Notes: generated by a model from the letters alone, not told the origin. A stretch of DNA of 64,000 nt from Octopus sinensis (GCF_006345805.1 NC_043002.1:77438001-77502000), one strand, 5' to 3'. Numbered from the stretch's first letter, positions 1-13,544 are shown. Numbers and translations: made by a program.

Positions 1-732
1 TCTTGTTTATTTGGAGTTTTTTTTATTTTTCCATATGATAATATAAACATACTAGTCTTCATTTTTCACTTGCAACAGATTTCCACTGGCTGCACACGTG
101 AATATGGCTGTGTGCACGGGAAGGGGAGAGAAAGAGAGAACACAATAGTGAGGGGAAAAGATCTGATAATATAAACTTCACCTTGGAATTAAGAAAAAAA
201 AAACACACACACACACACACACACGTTACACGTATGTAAATGCGTGTGGAGAGAAAAAGAAGGTGAAGTGTGTGTGTGTGTGGTGAAGGAAAATAACAGT
301 TGCCCAAAATGAAACAGCTCAGAGAAAACAATTGCTTTATCTTTCATCACAAGCACATGCTGGCTTGTCAACAGCTCGTATTTAACTCTTTTACTGACTG
401 ACTACCAGGAGGAGGCTTGTAAGCTAGCTATAAAATAGAACTAGAGAAATACAGTATAAGCAGTGTCAGCTATGAATCAAGTGCTGCTTATTATGATGAC
501 TCAGCTATCTGATAATGTACTGTGACTAGCATTGGTTAAGACATACATGTATCACGAATGAAAGACAACCAAAATGCATTGTGAACTGCTTTGTGAATTT
601 ATCATTGCTAAATGTGTCTCGGAGATTTTTAATCCTCTTAAATGGGTTACTTTCAATCAAAAGTAAATACCAATAAAGATGAGATGGCAAATGAACACAT
701 TAAGGCTCTTGTTACCACTGTCACCTTTATGG

Positions 733-1442
733 ACACTCTTTACTCTTTTACTTGTTTCAGTCATTTGACTGTTGCCATGCCGGAACACCGCCTTTAGCCG
801 AGCAAATCGACTCCAGGACTTATTCTTTGTAAGCCTAGAACTTATTCTATCGGTCTCTTTGTCAAGCGATGTTGGAGGGACAAACACACACACACATATA
901 CGACAGGCTTCTTTCAGTTTCCGTCTACCAAATCCACTCACAAGGCTTTGGTTGGCCCGAGGCTATAGTGGAAGACACTTGCCCAAGGTGCCACGCATGT
1001 GGTTGATAAGCAAGCTACTTACCACACAGCCACTCCTGTGCCTTTTTTTTTTCTTCACTTGTTACAGTCATTACACAGTGGCCAAGATGGAGCACTGCCT
1101 TGAAGAATTTTAGTCAAATGAATCAACCCCAGTACTGATTTATTTTAAGCCTAGTATTTATTTTATCATGCTATATTGCTGAACCGCTAAGTTACAGGGA
1201 TGTAAACACATCAACATTGGTTGTCAAGTGGTGACAGAGGACAAACAGACACACACATATATATATATATATATACACACACACAACGGGCTTCTTTCAG
1301 TTTCTATCTATCAAAGCCATTCACAAGGCTTTAGTCATCCAGATGTTATAGTAGAAGGCACTTATCCAAGGTGCCATGCAGTGGGACTGAACCCAGCACC
1401 ATGTGGCTGGGAAGCAAACTTCCAATCACACAGCCATGCCTA
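733..1442 (-). mobile_element. Two adjacent copies of an abundant SINE (family A)
   Basis: Shared head (...gcttgctt..caaccacatg..gggttcagtcccactgc) and tail (gactgaaacaagtaaaagag) seen in many copies in the window. Confidence 0.8.
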
Positions 1443-1728
1443 TCTATCATAATTTCATTCAGGTCTAGAATGCATTACATAATTGTTAGTTGACCTCAGT
1501 ACTTGACTGGCATTTTATTTTATCAATCCTAGATGAACGAGAGGTAAAGTTAAGGGGGTTGATCTCAGAACTTAAGAGGTTGTAACTAAATGCTGCAAGG
1601 CATGTTGTTTGACCCTTTTAACCCTTTCATCACCATATCTCTGTTGAATAACACAGCTTTTGTTTGAATTAATTTTGAAAATAATGAAAAATTTAGAGAA
1701 ACAAACTTTGTCATTATTAAACTGGTGT

Positions 1729-1956
1729 TTAACCCTTTCGTTACCAACCCGGCTGAAACCGGCTCTGGTTCTGAGTACAAATGTCTTGTCTCCATAAGTT
1801 TTGAATTAAAATCTTCCACCAAACCATAGTCACATTTTATGTTCCTAAAACTAGCTTAATGATAACCAAGTTATTTTACTAAATTCTTTGTAATATTTTA
1901 AGTAATTGAAAGAAACACAGAGCATTTCAAAAGAAATACAGTAACGAAAGGTTTAA
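1729..1956 (+). mobile_element. piggyBac-like MITE (copy 1)
   Basis: TTAA-CCCTTTCGTTAC...GTAACGAAAGGT-TTAA. Confidence 0.8.
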
Positions 1957-2190
1957 AGGTGGCGAGATGGCAGAATCGTTAGCACGCCAAGCAAAATGCT
2001 TAGCAGTATTTCGTTTGCCGCTACATTCTGAGTTCAAACTCCGCCAAGGTCAACTTTGCCTTTCATCTTTTTGGGGTCAATGAGATAAGTACCAGTTGCA
2101 CACTGGGAAGGGTGGGGGGTTGATGTAATCAACTACCCTGCTTAACCCCCAAAATTTTCAAGGCCTTGTGCTTAGAGTAGAAATAATTAT
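1957..2190 (+). mobile_element. tRNA-derived SINE family C (other copies: 10725-10905 +, 36665-36885 -, 37940-38120 +)
   Basis: ggcgagatggcagaatcgttagc...ctgagttcaaactcc A/B-box-like head. Confidence 0.8.
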
Positions 2191-2231
2191 TAAACTGGTG
2201 TTTGGAACTAACATGAAATTTTGATGCAGGT

Positions 2232-2835
2232 CTTTAATTTAGATCACTAAACAAGACGTATGTATCATAGAACTAGGCACAGTCTCTGGCACTTTAGTAT
2301 CAAAAGTGTTAATGATTCTGCAAATCTTCAGCACTTTATATTAGAGCAGTAGATTTTAGAATCATTAACGCTTTTGATACTAATGCGCCAGAGATTGTGC
2401 CTAGTTCTATGATACTCTTTACTCTTTTACTTGTTTCAGTCATTTGACTGTGGCCATGTATCAAAATAACCCCAGGACTTATTCTTTGTAGGCCTAATAC
2501 TTATTCTATCGGTCTCTTTTGCCAAACCGCTAAGTTACAGGGACATAAACACACCAGCATTGATCGTCAAGCAATGTTGAGGGGACAAACACAGACACAC
2601 AAACACATACATACATATATATATATATTTATACATATATACAACGGGCTTCTTTCAGTTTCCATCTACCAAAACCACTCACTAGGCTTTGGTCGGCCTG
2701 AGGCTATAGTAGAAGACACTTGCCCAAGGTGCCATGCAGTGGGACTGAACCCGGAACCATGTGGTTCATAAGCAAGCTACTTACCACACAGCCACTCCTA
2801 TGCCAATACGTCTTATTTAGTGATCTAAATTAAAG
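2232..2835. repeat. Palindromic element whose right arm is split by a SINE
   Basis: Inverted repeat at 2262-2415; outer arm 2232-2261 is matched by ~2806-2835 beyond the SINE. Confidence 0.8.
2416..2803 (-). mobile_element. SINE family A, near full length
   Basis: Same consensus as above. Confidence 0.85.
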
Positions 2836-3432
2836 TGCTTTGATTCTGCTCTGGTGTGTGTGTGTGTGAGAGAGAGAGATTAAGCTATTACAAGGCATCT
2901 TTTACGTGTTTAAATCATTGGACTAGTGTTCAATCATAACTGTAACCTCTTATCAACTAGAACAAAGCCACTTCCCTCTTGGTTGAGGAGCTTTGTCTTG
3001 TAAGTTATATGGTGACCTCACTGCTGCTGGTGCCATATAAAAAAAAGCCCCCAGTACCCTCAAACAAAGACAAGCTAAATACACGTTTCAAACAAACTGT
3101 TTCTCACAATAAAGGAGGCCGTGGGAGGGAGGGGGGGAAGAAATACCTGAGTCAAGGGAAACAATTTTTTGGACTGTTTACAACCGTTACCATAGCTACA
3201 AGCCTGCGTGTTAGCTGAGCTATGTGTAGTTCAATACCGAAACAAGAATCGAGTATAAGTGAGTAAGTTGTAGCATCCTGATGTCGTGGCTGTCATTCAT
3301 TGCCATCACAGTGGATATTTGCCACTATAAGCTGACTGAAACACTCAGATTTCAGACCTCCTCCTCCTCCTCATTAACATGGTCAATATCAAAATCACAA
3401 CAACGCACTATTTTTTGAATTGAACCTGGACC

Positions 3433-5130
3433 TTACGGCAGTGTTGGCCGCAGGAAGGATTCAGTCATGTCCCCATAGACGTTGCGGTAAGATGTCTTCA
3501 GGAACTGGACGTAATTCTGCAAACTTCGATTTGTGCTTTGTGACTGTTCCAGCCGGTCCTTCAGGTCGTGCAGCCGAGAATTACATCTGCGATTGTTCTC
3601 ATCCTTCTCCCTCTTCACTCTGTTTACCTCAGTTTTCACCTGATTCACTTGACATTCAAGATCTAAGATTTTCTGTTGAGATAATCTTTCCTTTGAGATG
3701 ACCCGGTCATGGAAGCTGCTCGATTGCTGTTTCAGGTCCTGCAGTGCATTTTCTAATTGATGAGTCAGACTCATCGTTTCCTGAGTTTTCTCTCCCAGTC
3801 GTACATTGTTCAGGCGGATGGTTTCCTCTCTCTTGGATATGGTAGTCATCAGTTCACGATTCTGTTCTGTAACTTCTAGAAACTTCCGTTCAAGTGTGTC
3901 GACTTTATTCCTTAAACTTCGGTTTTCCTCCACATATTCATGGTTCATTTGTTTGGCTTCTTCCAGCATCTCATTAACATGTTCCAGCTTTGAAGTAAGT
4001 TCTGCAATTAGTTTGATGTTTTCTGTGTTCTTCCTCTCAGACAAATGTAACTGCTGCTCAAAGTCTTGTACTTTTAGTTCTGTGGTCTTCAACATCTCTG
4101 GCAGAGGTTCTAATTCTAACAGACGTTGGTGTAACCGTTTCTTCACCTTATCCAATTCGTCTTCTCCTTCTCTCTGGATGCGACTGTTTTGTTTCTGTTG
4201 TTCTTCCAACAGACTCAGTGTATTATTAGCTTCACTTCTGGATATGTCCATCCTGCCTTTGTATTCTTCAATGATTTCTTCAGCCTGTGTCAGTTTGGTC
4301 TGCAAATGGTTGACATTGGTTTCATCTTCGGTCAACTTTGATGTCAATTCCTCTTGGATAGACATTAATTTCTCATTCTCCTGACATTTGTTCTGACACT
4401 CCAACGTCTTCTCCTCCAGCATGGCAGACATTCTAGATGTTTCTGTAGAATTGTCCTCATAGAGGTGGATCTTATTTTGCAGATCTTCCATTTCTTGCTT
4501 TAGCTTAGAACATTCTGCAAAAGCCGAGCTCTTCTCTTGACCGATTTGTTCCAATCTTGTCCTGTAGACATCAAGCTGTGTGCTGGCATCAGTGAGTTCT
4601 TTCTCTTTGTTTACCAATTCAGAGTTTAGGTGTTCCACAGTGTCTTCTGTGTAGCTGGCCTTCTGCTTCAGCAGCCGTGTTGCTTTCTTCAAGTAACCTT
4701 TGTCCTTGTCTGACTGGTCTCTAACTGTGGACATTTGACGTTGCAGCCGTTTGTTGTCCATCACAGCCTCGGCCAATTGCTTCTCCAGGGTCTGTATCTG
4801 TACAGACATTCTGTTGCAGTCTGCTTCTTTAGTTCGAAGTTGTCTTTGAAGATGGCCCCGTGTTTGTTCTACTGATTTCTGAAGACGTTTTAGTGAATTT
4901 ACTTCTTCCTTTTGTTCTGACACAGTGGTTTCTAAATCAGATATAGTTCTGTCCTGAGTGAACTGGGTAAGAATCATCTTCTCTTTTTCCTTTTCAACAC
5001 CATGTAGTTTCTGGAACAGCAACCTGTTCTGTTCAGCAACACGTTGTAACCCGATTTCTTCAGAATGTCGATCCTGAAGCATCTTCTGAAGGGTTTGGTT
5101 AGTAGATTCAAAAGTCGAAAGGAAGAGCAG
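3433..5130 (-). CDS. ODF2: Outer dense fiber protein 2 / cenexin homologue, large terminal coding exon (track ORF 3433-5082 plus 16 in-frame codons upstream to a putative acceptor)
   Basis: 549-aa open coiled-coil ORF. Motifs I recognise from ODF2: GHLQRQLRTKEADCNR, LEPLPEMLKTTELK, ISKREETI, SRLHDLKDRLEQSQSTNRSLQNYVQFLKTSY and upstream LSTFESTNQTL. An in-frame TAG at 5131-5133 doubles as the AG acceptor after a pyrimidine-rich stretch. Confidence 0.92.
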   Translation of the reverse strand: MLFLSTFESTNQTLQKMLQDRHSEEIGLQRVAEQNRLLFQKLHGVEKEKEKMILTQFTQDRTISDLETTVSEQKEEVNSLKRLQKSVEQTRGHLQRQLRTKEADCNRMSVQIQTLEKQLAEAVMDNKRLQRQMSTVRDQSDKDKGYLKKATRLLKQKASYTEDTVEHLNSELVNKEKELTDASTQLDVYRTRLEQIGQEKSSAFAECSKLKQEMEDLQNKIHLYEDNSTETSRMSAMLEEKTLECQNKCQENEKLMSIQEELTSKLTEDETNVNHLQTKLTQAEEIIEEYKGRMDISRSEANNTLSLLEEQQKQNSRIQREGEDELDKVKKRLHQRLLELEPLPEMLKTTELKVQDFEQQLHLSERKNTENIKLIAELTSKLEHVNEMLEEAKQMNHEYVEENRSLRNKVDTLERKFLEVTEQNRELMTTISKREETIRLNNVRLGEKTQETMSLTHQLENALQDLKQQSSSFHDRVISKERLSQQKILDLECQVNQVKTEVNRVKREKDENNRRCNSRLHDLKDRLEQSQSTNRSLQNYVQFLKTSYRNVYGDMTESFLRPTLP

Positions 5131-5254
5131 CTAGTCATAGAAACCATGTCAAAGAAGACAATAGAACTTGATAATCTTCTGAATTGCCAGCTCCTTCAAA
5201 CCATCCAACCCATGTCACCATGGAAGGTGGACATATGATTGTGTGTGTGTGGGG

Positions 5255-5945
5255 GTGCATACAGGCATGGCTGTGTGGTAAGAAGCTTGCTTCCCAACCA
5301 CATGGGTTCAGTCCCACTGCATGGCACCTTGGGCAAGTGTCTTCTATTATAGCCTCAGGCTATAGTAGAAGTCCATTGTGTGTATATATGTGCCAGTGGC
5401 ATGTGAAAAAACATTTGAGTGAGGTCATTGCCAGTGCTGCTGGACTGGCTCCTGTGCAGGTGGCACATAAAAAGCACCATTTGAGTGTGGCCGTCGCCAG
5501 TACCGCCTGACTGGCCCTCATGCCGGTGGTACGTAAAAGCACCCACTACACTCTCAGAGTGGTTGGCGTTAGGAAAGGCATCCAGCTGTAGAAACTCTGC
5601 CAGCTTAGATTGGGGTCTAGCGCAGCCATCTTATTCGCCAATCCTCAGTCAAATTGACAAAACCATGCTTGCATGGAAAGCGGATATTAAATGACGATGA
5701 TGATGATGACATATATTTATGTGTGTGTGTGTGTCAGTGTCTGTGTTTGTCCCCTCCACCATCACTTGACAACCACTGTTGATGTGTTTATGTCCCCGAA
5801 ATTTAGTGGTTTGGCAAAAGAGACCAATAAAATAAGTACTAGGCTTACAAAGAATAAGTCCGGGGTTGATTAGTTTGACTAAAGGCAGTGCTCCAGCATG
5901 GCCGCAGTCAAATGACTGAAATGCGTAACTAAGTAAAAGAGCATA
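5255..5945 (+). mobile_element. SINE family A interrupted by an RTE-3'-end-type repeat (5390-5710)
   Basis: Head 5255-5365, tail 5715-5945; the insert ends in (TGA)n. Confidence 0.75.
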
Positions 5946-6223
5946 TACACCCACACACACACACCCACCCACACACACACACACATAAACACACACATAT
6001 TCAACAAGAGAGAATGTGTGAAAGAGAAAACTAACGATATAAGCATTTCCTCATCTTCCTAATTTAAGATTAATTGTTAAAGTGAAATGTTTCTCAAGAG
6101 TGTCACAGCTCACCAAAGCCATGTGTTTAGTTTACTGTATTAACCCTTTAGTGCTCAGAAAACTCTGTCAAATGTAATATTTATTTATTTTATTATTCAC
6201 ATTGTTTTGAATTAATCATGGCT

Positions 6224-6452
6224 TTAACCCTTTCGTTACCAACCCGGCTGAAACCGGCTCTGGCTCTGTAGTACAAATGTCTTGTTTTTAAAAGTTTTGA
6301 ATCAAAATCTTTCACTAAACCTTAGTCACAATTTATGTTCCTAATACTGGCTGAACGATAAGTAAGTTATTTTACTAAATTCTTTGTCTTATTTAAAGTA
6401 ATTGAAAGAAACACAGAGCATCTCACTATAAATACAGTAACGAAAGGGTTAA
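6224..6452 (+). mobile_element. piggyBac-like MITE (copy 2)
   Basis: TTAA-CCCTTTCGTTAC...GTAACGAAAGGG-TTAA; same family as the 1729 copy. Confidence 0.85.
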
Positions 6453-7587
6453 GGTTTAGATGATGTGATTAGTCATTTTTAGAGTAACATTACAGGGTAG
6501 GTGTGAGAGGCTAGATCTGGTTGATTTGAACATAGAACACGTCGAATATTTGAACCAGATATGGTCAGTTTAAATGCTAAAGAGCTAAACATAATGTTTA
6601 ACTCCTACATTGATCATAATCACTTTTGTCATCCACACAGCCATCACTGCTGCTGGCTGTTTCTGAGTCATCACTATCTTCATAAAACATCCCACTTTGG
6701 TCCCAGCCATCAGATTACTTACTCTGCATCATTTAATAACTTTGCTATATTTTCCACTCTCATAACTGTTACAATGACTTTTACACACTGATATACACTG
6801 CACAACAGTAGATTGCTTTATCTGTCTTGTTGAAGTGACTACATTCCAAGCAATTATTTGAATGGCATGTTGACTGAAATGTCCAATAGTTGTAACTGCA
6901 ATGTTAAACCATTAGAATAATTACGTGTTTAGCTTTTAATAGCTAGAATTTTTTTTTTTTTTTTGTGGGCTTTGAATTGATCCTAAACCAGTTACACTGG
7001 TTTCTTCAACACCACCTGGAGGCCAGAGGCACACTTTCTTCAGCCTCAGTTTCATACCATTTTTGTTCATCCACTTCTTGTGAAGGACGTGAACAACAAA
7101 ACTGTATGAAATTATCTCCTTGAGCCTTGTTTTTCATTTAAAGTTTAATAAGGGTTGGAGCTTTGGACCATCTGCACTACAGACCAGAACATCACTCAGT
7201 CATTTTTGTAGTAACCATCTTTGCACCTTTGTTGGATGCATACCAAATACTGTGTGAGGTATCATCATTGTCAATGCACAATAAACCAAACAATGATCTG
7301 TTACCAGTGCCACAAAACCATTATAAACTAGTTACTACTGACCAGCAATACATTGCAAAACTAATAAGTACCATTACCATAGTACTGCGTTAGATGTGAA
7401 TTTATAATGTTAGGAGTAAACTTCACTCTATAACATGGACTTTCAGTGATAAGATTTCAAGAGATATTTTCACGTAAAAAATATACTTCACATGAACTGA
7501 GAGATATAGTATATAGCAGCTTTTATTTAGCATAGTGTCTGTCCACTAAATTCTACTTACAAGGTGATGGTCAGCCCAAGATTATTA

Positions 7588-8439
7588 TACATGGAAAAAT
7601 GCAAGCAAGAGAAATAATATTCTTAAGACTATAAACCTGGAAAAGTAGAGGACATGTTATTAAACTTAGAAAAGTTCAGGACAAGTTATTATATTTGGTA
7701 AAGTAGAGAACAAAAAATTTTTTTACTTGAAATATTGCAGCTAAGGATAAAATTTCTAATAAAATATTTAGATTTAGAAAATATTAGCTTTTATTAAAAC
7801 TAAAAATTTTATTACAAGTTATTACTTCTATTTATTACATGATACTTCTATTAAAAATAAGAAAATATGTCCAAAATATTTTTTGCACTTTAAAAAAATT
7901 CATTTTTCAATTACTAATTAATAATTAGAAATTTGAAAATAGGTTATAAAAAATAATAGTAGTACATAATTAGTACAATAAATAGAATAATACAAAAGTT
8001 AGTTATATATTACAGTAAAATCTACCTATAACAACAAATTCACAGTAAAACTTGCTTGAGTTATTGCTTAAGTTATTGCCAAGTATTCACATTTTTAGTT
8101 TTGACCCAATCCCTATTTTTTACATAATGAATTTGCCTACCATATATACTATTCTACTTTGCATAAAACTTTAGCTATATTGGTCCTTCTGGTTCTCATT
8201 TTTTAAGTATTCTAGTGTGGCAATATTATAACAAATTGATGGTACCTTTTCTTAATTATAATGTTACTTTTTAAATTAAAATCAAATAATTTTTAATATT
8301 CAAATTTTATCCTTAGCTGCAATATTTTAAGGAAAAATTTTCTTGTTCTGTACTTTACCAGATGTAATAACTTGTCCTGTACTTTTCCAGGTTTATAATC
8401 TTAAGAATATTATTTCTCTTGCTCACATTTTTCCATGTA
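7588..8439. mobile_element. MITE/fold-back with ~140-170-bp imperfect TIRs
   Basis: 7588-7760 mirrored by ~8302-8439. Confidence 0.8.
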
Positions 8440-11079
8440 GTCCATATTTTTTCCAGGCTATGCTATTATGCTAATTAATAATGTGTCAATTAATAAATTT
8501 TGAAATAATATTTTAATTTTTAATATAGATGATGTAATTAAACTAATTGCAAATTAGCGGTGTCGTTGATAATTTTTCCCTTACCTCAATGATACCAGTA
8601 ACATACATTAAAAGTCCCCATAGAACTATATTCATAAAGAAAGTATAGAACTATATTATCGCCCTCAAATTTGAGAAACAAACACTCACCTTTTTTCTTT
8701 TAAAACTTCATTGCATGAGATTGATACCATTAAATTCCTTGAATTGAGCTCTGTCATTTAAACTTAATCAAAATATAGTTTGTTTTTGAAATAAAAAAGT
8801 TAACTATACGTAAATCCAATTTTTTGCCTTACTTTTTTTTCATGATATTTTATCTCAACTTTTTTAACATAAATTTTTGTTGCATGGGACCAAAACTATG
8901 AAATTCCTTATGTTTTCTTCTATCACTGAAGCTAAGATAAATATATTTTGCTTTTGAAATAAAAAAAGTTATTTAGATCTAAATTTGATTGGAGGCATTA
9001 ATTACTCTCCTATAATGGTGCTACAAATTTTGGTGTAAACTTTCTTCTACTGGACCAAATCTCAATTTTTTAAATGCCAAAATGTAGCTAGGGACCAGTC
9101 CTCTTCAAAAATGTTAATAGTTTCCAATTTGGTTAAGAACTAAATTAGTGATAAAGCTCTAAAGTTGCCGCATGTAAGTAAATTGTGGCCTTAAGAATAT
9201 TATTCAACTACTGCTGTAGTTGAATGACAGCAAATACTTCTCCAAAGTGTTGCTGTACAATGGAGTTAAATCCAGAATCATGTGATTACAAAGAGAACTG
9301 AACTATACAATGATTCCTGCTAACACCTTTATGACAACATCCAATATTCCTTCTCTTCTGAACATCCATTGTGCTGTCATCATAAGAAATGCAGAAGTGA
9401 TTGATAAACCCTTTTCAATATCTAATTAGACTGAGGTAAGTAGCAACTAGTTTATACGGGTTAGCAAACCAGGCAGAATGCTTAGCGGCATTTCGTCCAC
9501 TGCCTTTTAATTTAGGCACAAAGCCAATAATTTCAAGGTGAGTTGGGTTAATTGATACCATTGACCCCCACCCCCCACCCCCTAGTACTTGACAGGTACT
9601 TTATTTTATTGCCCTTGAAAGAATGAAAGACAAAATTGACCTCAGCAGGATTTGAACTCAAAATGTAAAGACTCAAATGCCTAAGTTAATTTCAAGGTGG
9701 TTTTACTTCATTTCATGATATTCACATTGTATTCTCTTTATGTAACAACTATGTCCCGTCTTTTACAGGAAATTGATAATTTGCAAATCATATTTTTTTG
9801 CAACCATTTCATGTCTCCTTCCACAGCCACCCCTGCTCTTATGGCTTTCATGTATCTGATCTGCTAATCATATGGATTTGTTCTTGCTACTCAGGCCAAT
9901 CTGCTATTATTTCTCCATAGACTTTGACTTAGGATTAGTGTTGAAATAATGATTAGATTTGTAAGTCTGGCAATTCACTTGTGACATCTCCATCAAAGAT
10001 AGAATCTTTGCATGCAAGAGTCATCTTCAGTTCCATTCTGTATTTCTTCTCTCATCCATTACAAACCTCATAAGTTCTCATGTGATTTTAATAGCAATAT
10101 TTTAGTTTAATGAATGTATTAGCATGTTTAATCAACAATGAACTGATGGGAAGCTGATCTTTGCTTTCCAAACCAAATGCAGAAAATGTACAAAACCATA
10201 AACATCTTAAGAGAGAAATTAATTATCTGCTTCTGTATGAGTAAATCAATGCACCATTAATAAAACTTTTCCTTGTAAATCTTTCAATGCTGATTGCAGC
10301 CTTTTGTTAAATAGTGAATGCTATTAACATTTAAACCTTTCAAGTTCAAAGTTTGCTTTTAGCAGACAGAAAGTTACATAAAATAGGTTACAACCTTCAA
10401 AGGGTTTCAAATAGCTTGAATCAAACTTTTAAAACCTTCTTTAATGCTTTCGCTTCAGTTTGTCCCATTAAATACATGAATTCTATTGAAGTTCTGCAAT
10501 GTGCAGTGCATTTGAAAGGGTTAAAATGCATATTTTATTGCAGTTCTAGTGAGAAATGTAACTTAGCTTATACAATATGCTGCCATGAATGATTTCTGAC
10601 GTAACAACAATTCAGATTTATAGGAGTTGGGGAAGAGAATGTCTTAATATATCCTCAGTTACATTTAATTCTGTCAGTCAGACATAACAATACTTACTAC
10701 CAGTATTATTATAATTATCAAAACGACAAGCTGGCAGAATCATTAGCATGCTGGGCAAAATGTTTAGCAGCATTTGCTTGTCTTCACATTCCATAGAGGT
10801 CAACTTTGCCCTTCATCCTTTCAGGGTCAATAAAATAAGTACCAGTTGAGTACTGGGGATCTCCGAAATTGCTGGCCTTGTGCCAAAATTTGAAATCAAT
10901 ATTATTATTGTAATCACCATCATGAATTTAATGTTTACTTTTCCATGCCTGTATGGGTTGGACAGAATTTATCGAGGCAGAATTTGTCTGGTTAGATGCC
11001 CTTCCTGTCAGCAACCTTCAACTGTTTCCATGCAAGGTAATATTTCCTTATGAATAGACAGTTTCCCACAAAATTGGAA

Positions 11080-11340
11080 ATTTGGGTAAGAGATGCATGT
11101 CTGCCAAGTTTGTGCCAAAACTGTTGTCAGCTGACCAAAACAACACTCAGGTTTCAGTTACACAAGATCTCATTGTTTGTATTGTGAATGATCAAAACTT
11201 ATTAAAAACTTTGTGTAGGCCTCTGAGTAGGTACTACCAAACTTTTGGCAAAATTTGATGCAGATTCTCTGCTCAACTTTCTCTGTAATGGTCAATGCGA
11301 CAATTACACATTATGCATGTTACTTTCAAACACTGCTGTA
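11080..11340 (+). mobile_element. Mariner transposase remnant
   Basis: LGKRCMSAKFVPKLLSADQ resembles the mariner WVPK/FVPKLL motif. Confidence 0.7.
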
Positions 11341-11409
11341 AACAGTGGTTGTGAGCTAGAACATTAAAACTTAATGCGCATGCACAGCAGAGTTTAAGGT
11401 CATTCTGGT

Positions 11410-11700
11410 GGAGGCACATAGCCTAGTGGTTAGAACAGTGGACTCATGGTCGAAGGATTGCGGGTTCAAATCTCAGACCGGGCGATGTGTGTGTTTATGA
11501 GCGAAATACCTAAGCTCCACGAGACTCTGGCAGAAAGTAATGGTGAACTTCTGCTGACTCTTTCTCTCACTCTTTCCTCCTGCATCTTGCAGCTCACCTG
11601 CGACGGACCGGCGTCCCGTCTAGGTGGGAAGCCTATATGCCAAGGAAACCGGGAGACCGGCCCTTATGAGTCAGGCATGGCTCGAGAAGGAACAAGGTCA
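11410..11700 (+). mobile_element. tRNA-derived SINE (distinct family)
   Basis: tagcctagtggttaga...gggttcaaatctc tRNA-like head followed by a non-tRNA body. Confidence 0.8.
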
Positions 11701-12479
11701 ACCTGTGCCAAGTGGCTTCACTCTGCATGCTTTACCATCGTTACTATGGCAACAGTCCAAATACTTATTGATCAGACTACGTGTATATCACAGAATCCAT
11801 CAGAATATCAGATGTTGTTTAACAATGTTGATCACAATGCACTTTGCATCATTTTAGCTTTCAAATGCTACCACCCTGCTGGCTAGGTGAGCAAGCCCAC
11901 ATTCCCCTTGATCGAGAAGCTCATCTATCGCAAGGTTATCCATTTACGAGTAAACTGGAGCAATGTGAAATGAAGTGTTTTGCTCAACACAACGCACAGT
12001 TGGTCTGAGAATTGAAACCACAATTGTAAGACCATGAATGCAACATCCATAGCAACTAGGCCATGTGACTTTACACAGATACAAACACACACATATATAG
12101 TTTGTTGTCACAAATGTCAACAAAGAATAGAAGAGGAGGGAATAATGCAAGAGAGAAAGAGAGAGTGAAGGATGACAACAAAGGTAAATGATGGTAAGAG
12201 TGAGTGAGTGATGGACAGCAGCAGAGATGGGTGATGATAAGAGAACATGGTGTGTGTCAATGAAGGGTAATAAGAGGTGGAGAGGCAGAGAACGGATGAT
12301 GGCCAGCAGTGAAGAAGGATAATTGGTTACTGAATATGTACAGGTCTGATGATATCCCTCATTAAACAAGCATCATGATGGAAGTGAAGCAGAGTGATAA
12401 AGAGATTTAATGGGTGGGTGAATGAGTGGGGGGATCAAAAATGGACAGAACCAATACTACTTACTCCTTATGAAGCTGG

Positions 12480-13110
12480 TGAGATACAGTGAATAGGAGT
12501 GATGGTGAGTGATAAGGTAGTACAGAGATCAGTAGATGGAAACTCGACAGGAATATATAGTATAATGAACAAGAGACAATGAACCACTACATGCATGCTA
12601 TATCCATCGCTGAAGTCCTTGCTAGTTCTAACCATGCATGACATTCACATACCATTCATTTTCACCTAGTTTTATTAATGACCACCAGACTGCAGAACAA
12701 GAAACTCTGTCAAAGACCTTCCCCAGGTCAATAGGTGCTAGGTGTAGAGGTTTATTTCTAGATTAGCATTTCCCCTGCAGGAAGAAAGCATCAGTTCCGG
12801 GTACAAAGCTGAATTGCATGTCGTCTTGACTAATTCTCTTCCTAATCATAACTTGATTCATTGATTTTTATGCCTTTATAGTTACTTCTCTCAAGAGCAT
12901 CCCCCCCTAACCCTTGAAGTAGTTGACAATGATACTGCTATTTCAATCATTAGGTGCAACACCTTCCTACACTACCTCATTGAATATGCAAGTGATTAGC
13001 ATGTGACCTACTTTGCTAGATATTTTAAGCATCTCAGGAAATATCTCTGAAGGACCACCTGTCTTTTCTGCAATTATAATTGCACTTGTGACCAAACAGC
13101 TGTTAACTTC
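12480..13110 (-). mobile_element. Decayed RTE LINE reverse-transcriptase fragment
   Basis: Frameshifted remnants resembling the RTE RT segment from the KG..RGI region to the DL.KAFD region. Confidence 0.6.
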
Positions 13111-13541
13111 AATAGCTGGTCTCTTTTGGGGGTCTACTTGGTGAATGCCCTCCCTCCCACTCCTGCATTCCCTTGCGTTTGTATATATGCATTTTCTATT
13201 ACCTTTTACTGGTTACAGCCATGTCGGGTTACCACTTTCCAGGGATTAGCTGAACAAATCAACTCCAGTGATTACTGTTTTAAAGTCTGGTACTTAATAT
13301 CAAAATCAGTGGTCAAGCGGTAACAAAGGGAGAAGATAAAATCAAAGATACACATATGCACACACCTTATATATGTGAAACCATTAAACCAGACATATTT
13401 CTTGCTCTCCCAATTTTCTTACTCCATTCCTTTCTGTTGAAAAGAATAGGCACAAAACATCTTGCCATTTTTCCTGAATGTCAAACTAATACAGCTTGTT
13501 CGCTATTCACCTCAACTATCTCTCACTCTTGTAAATTGCAC

Positions 13542-13544
<3 letters not shown>

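Noticed and set aside
3806-4384. 192-aa plus-strand ORF (and 3420-3701)
   Set aside because: Antisense shadow of the ODF2 coiled-coil exon.
11410-11485. tRNA gene (also the tRNA-like heads at 1957, 10725 and 37940)
   Set aside because: The cloverleaf does not close and each head continues into a SINE body.
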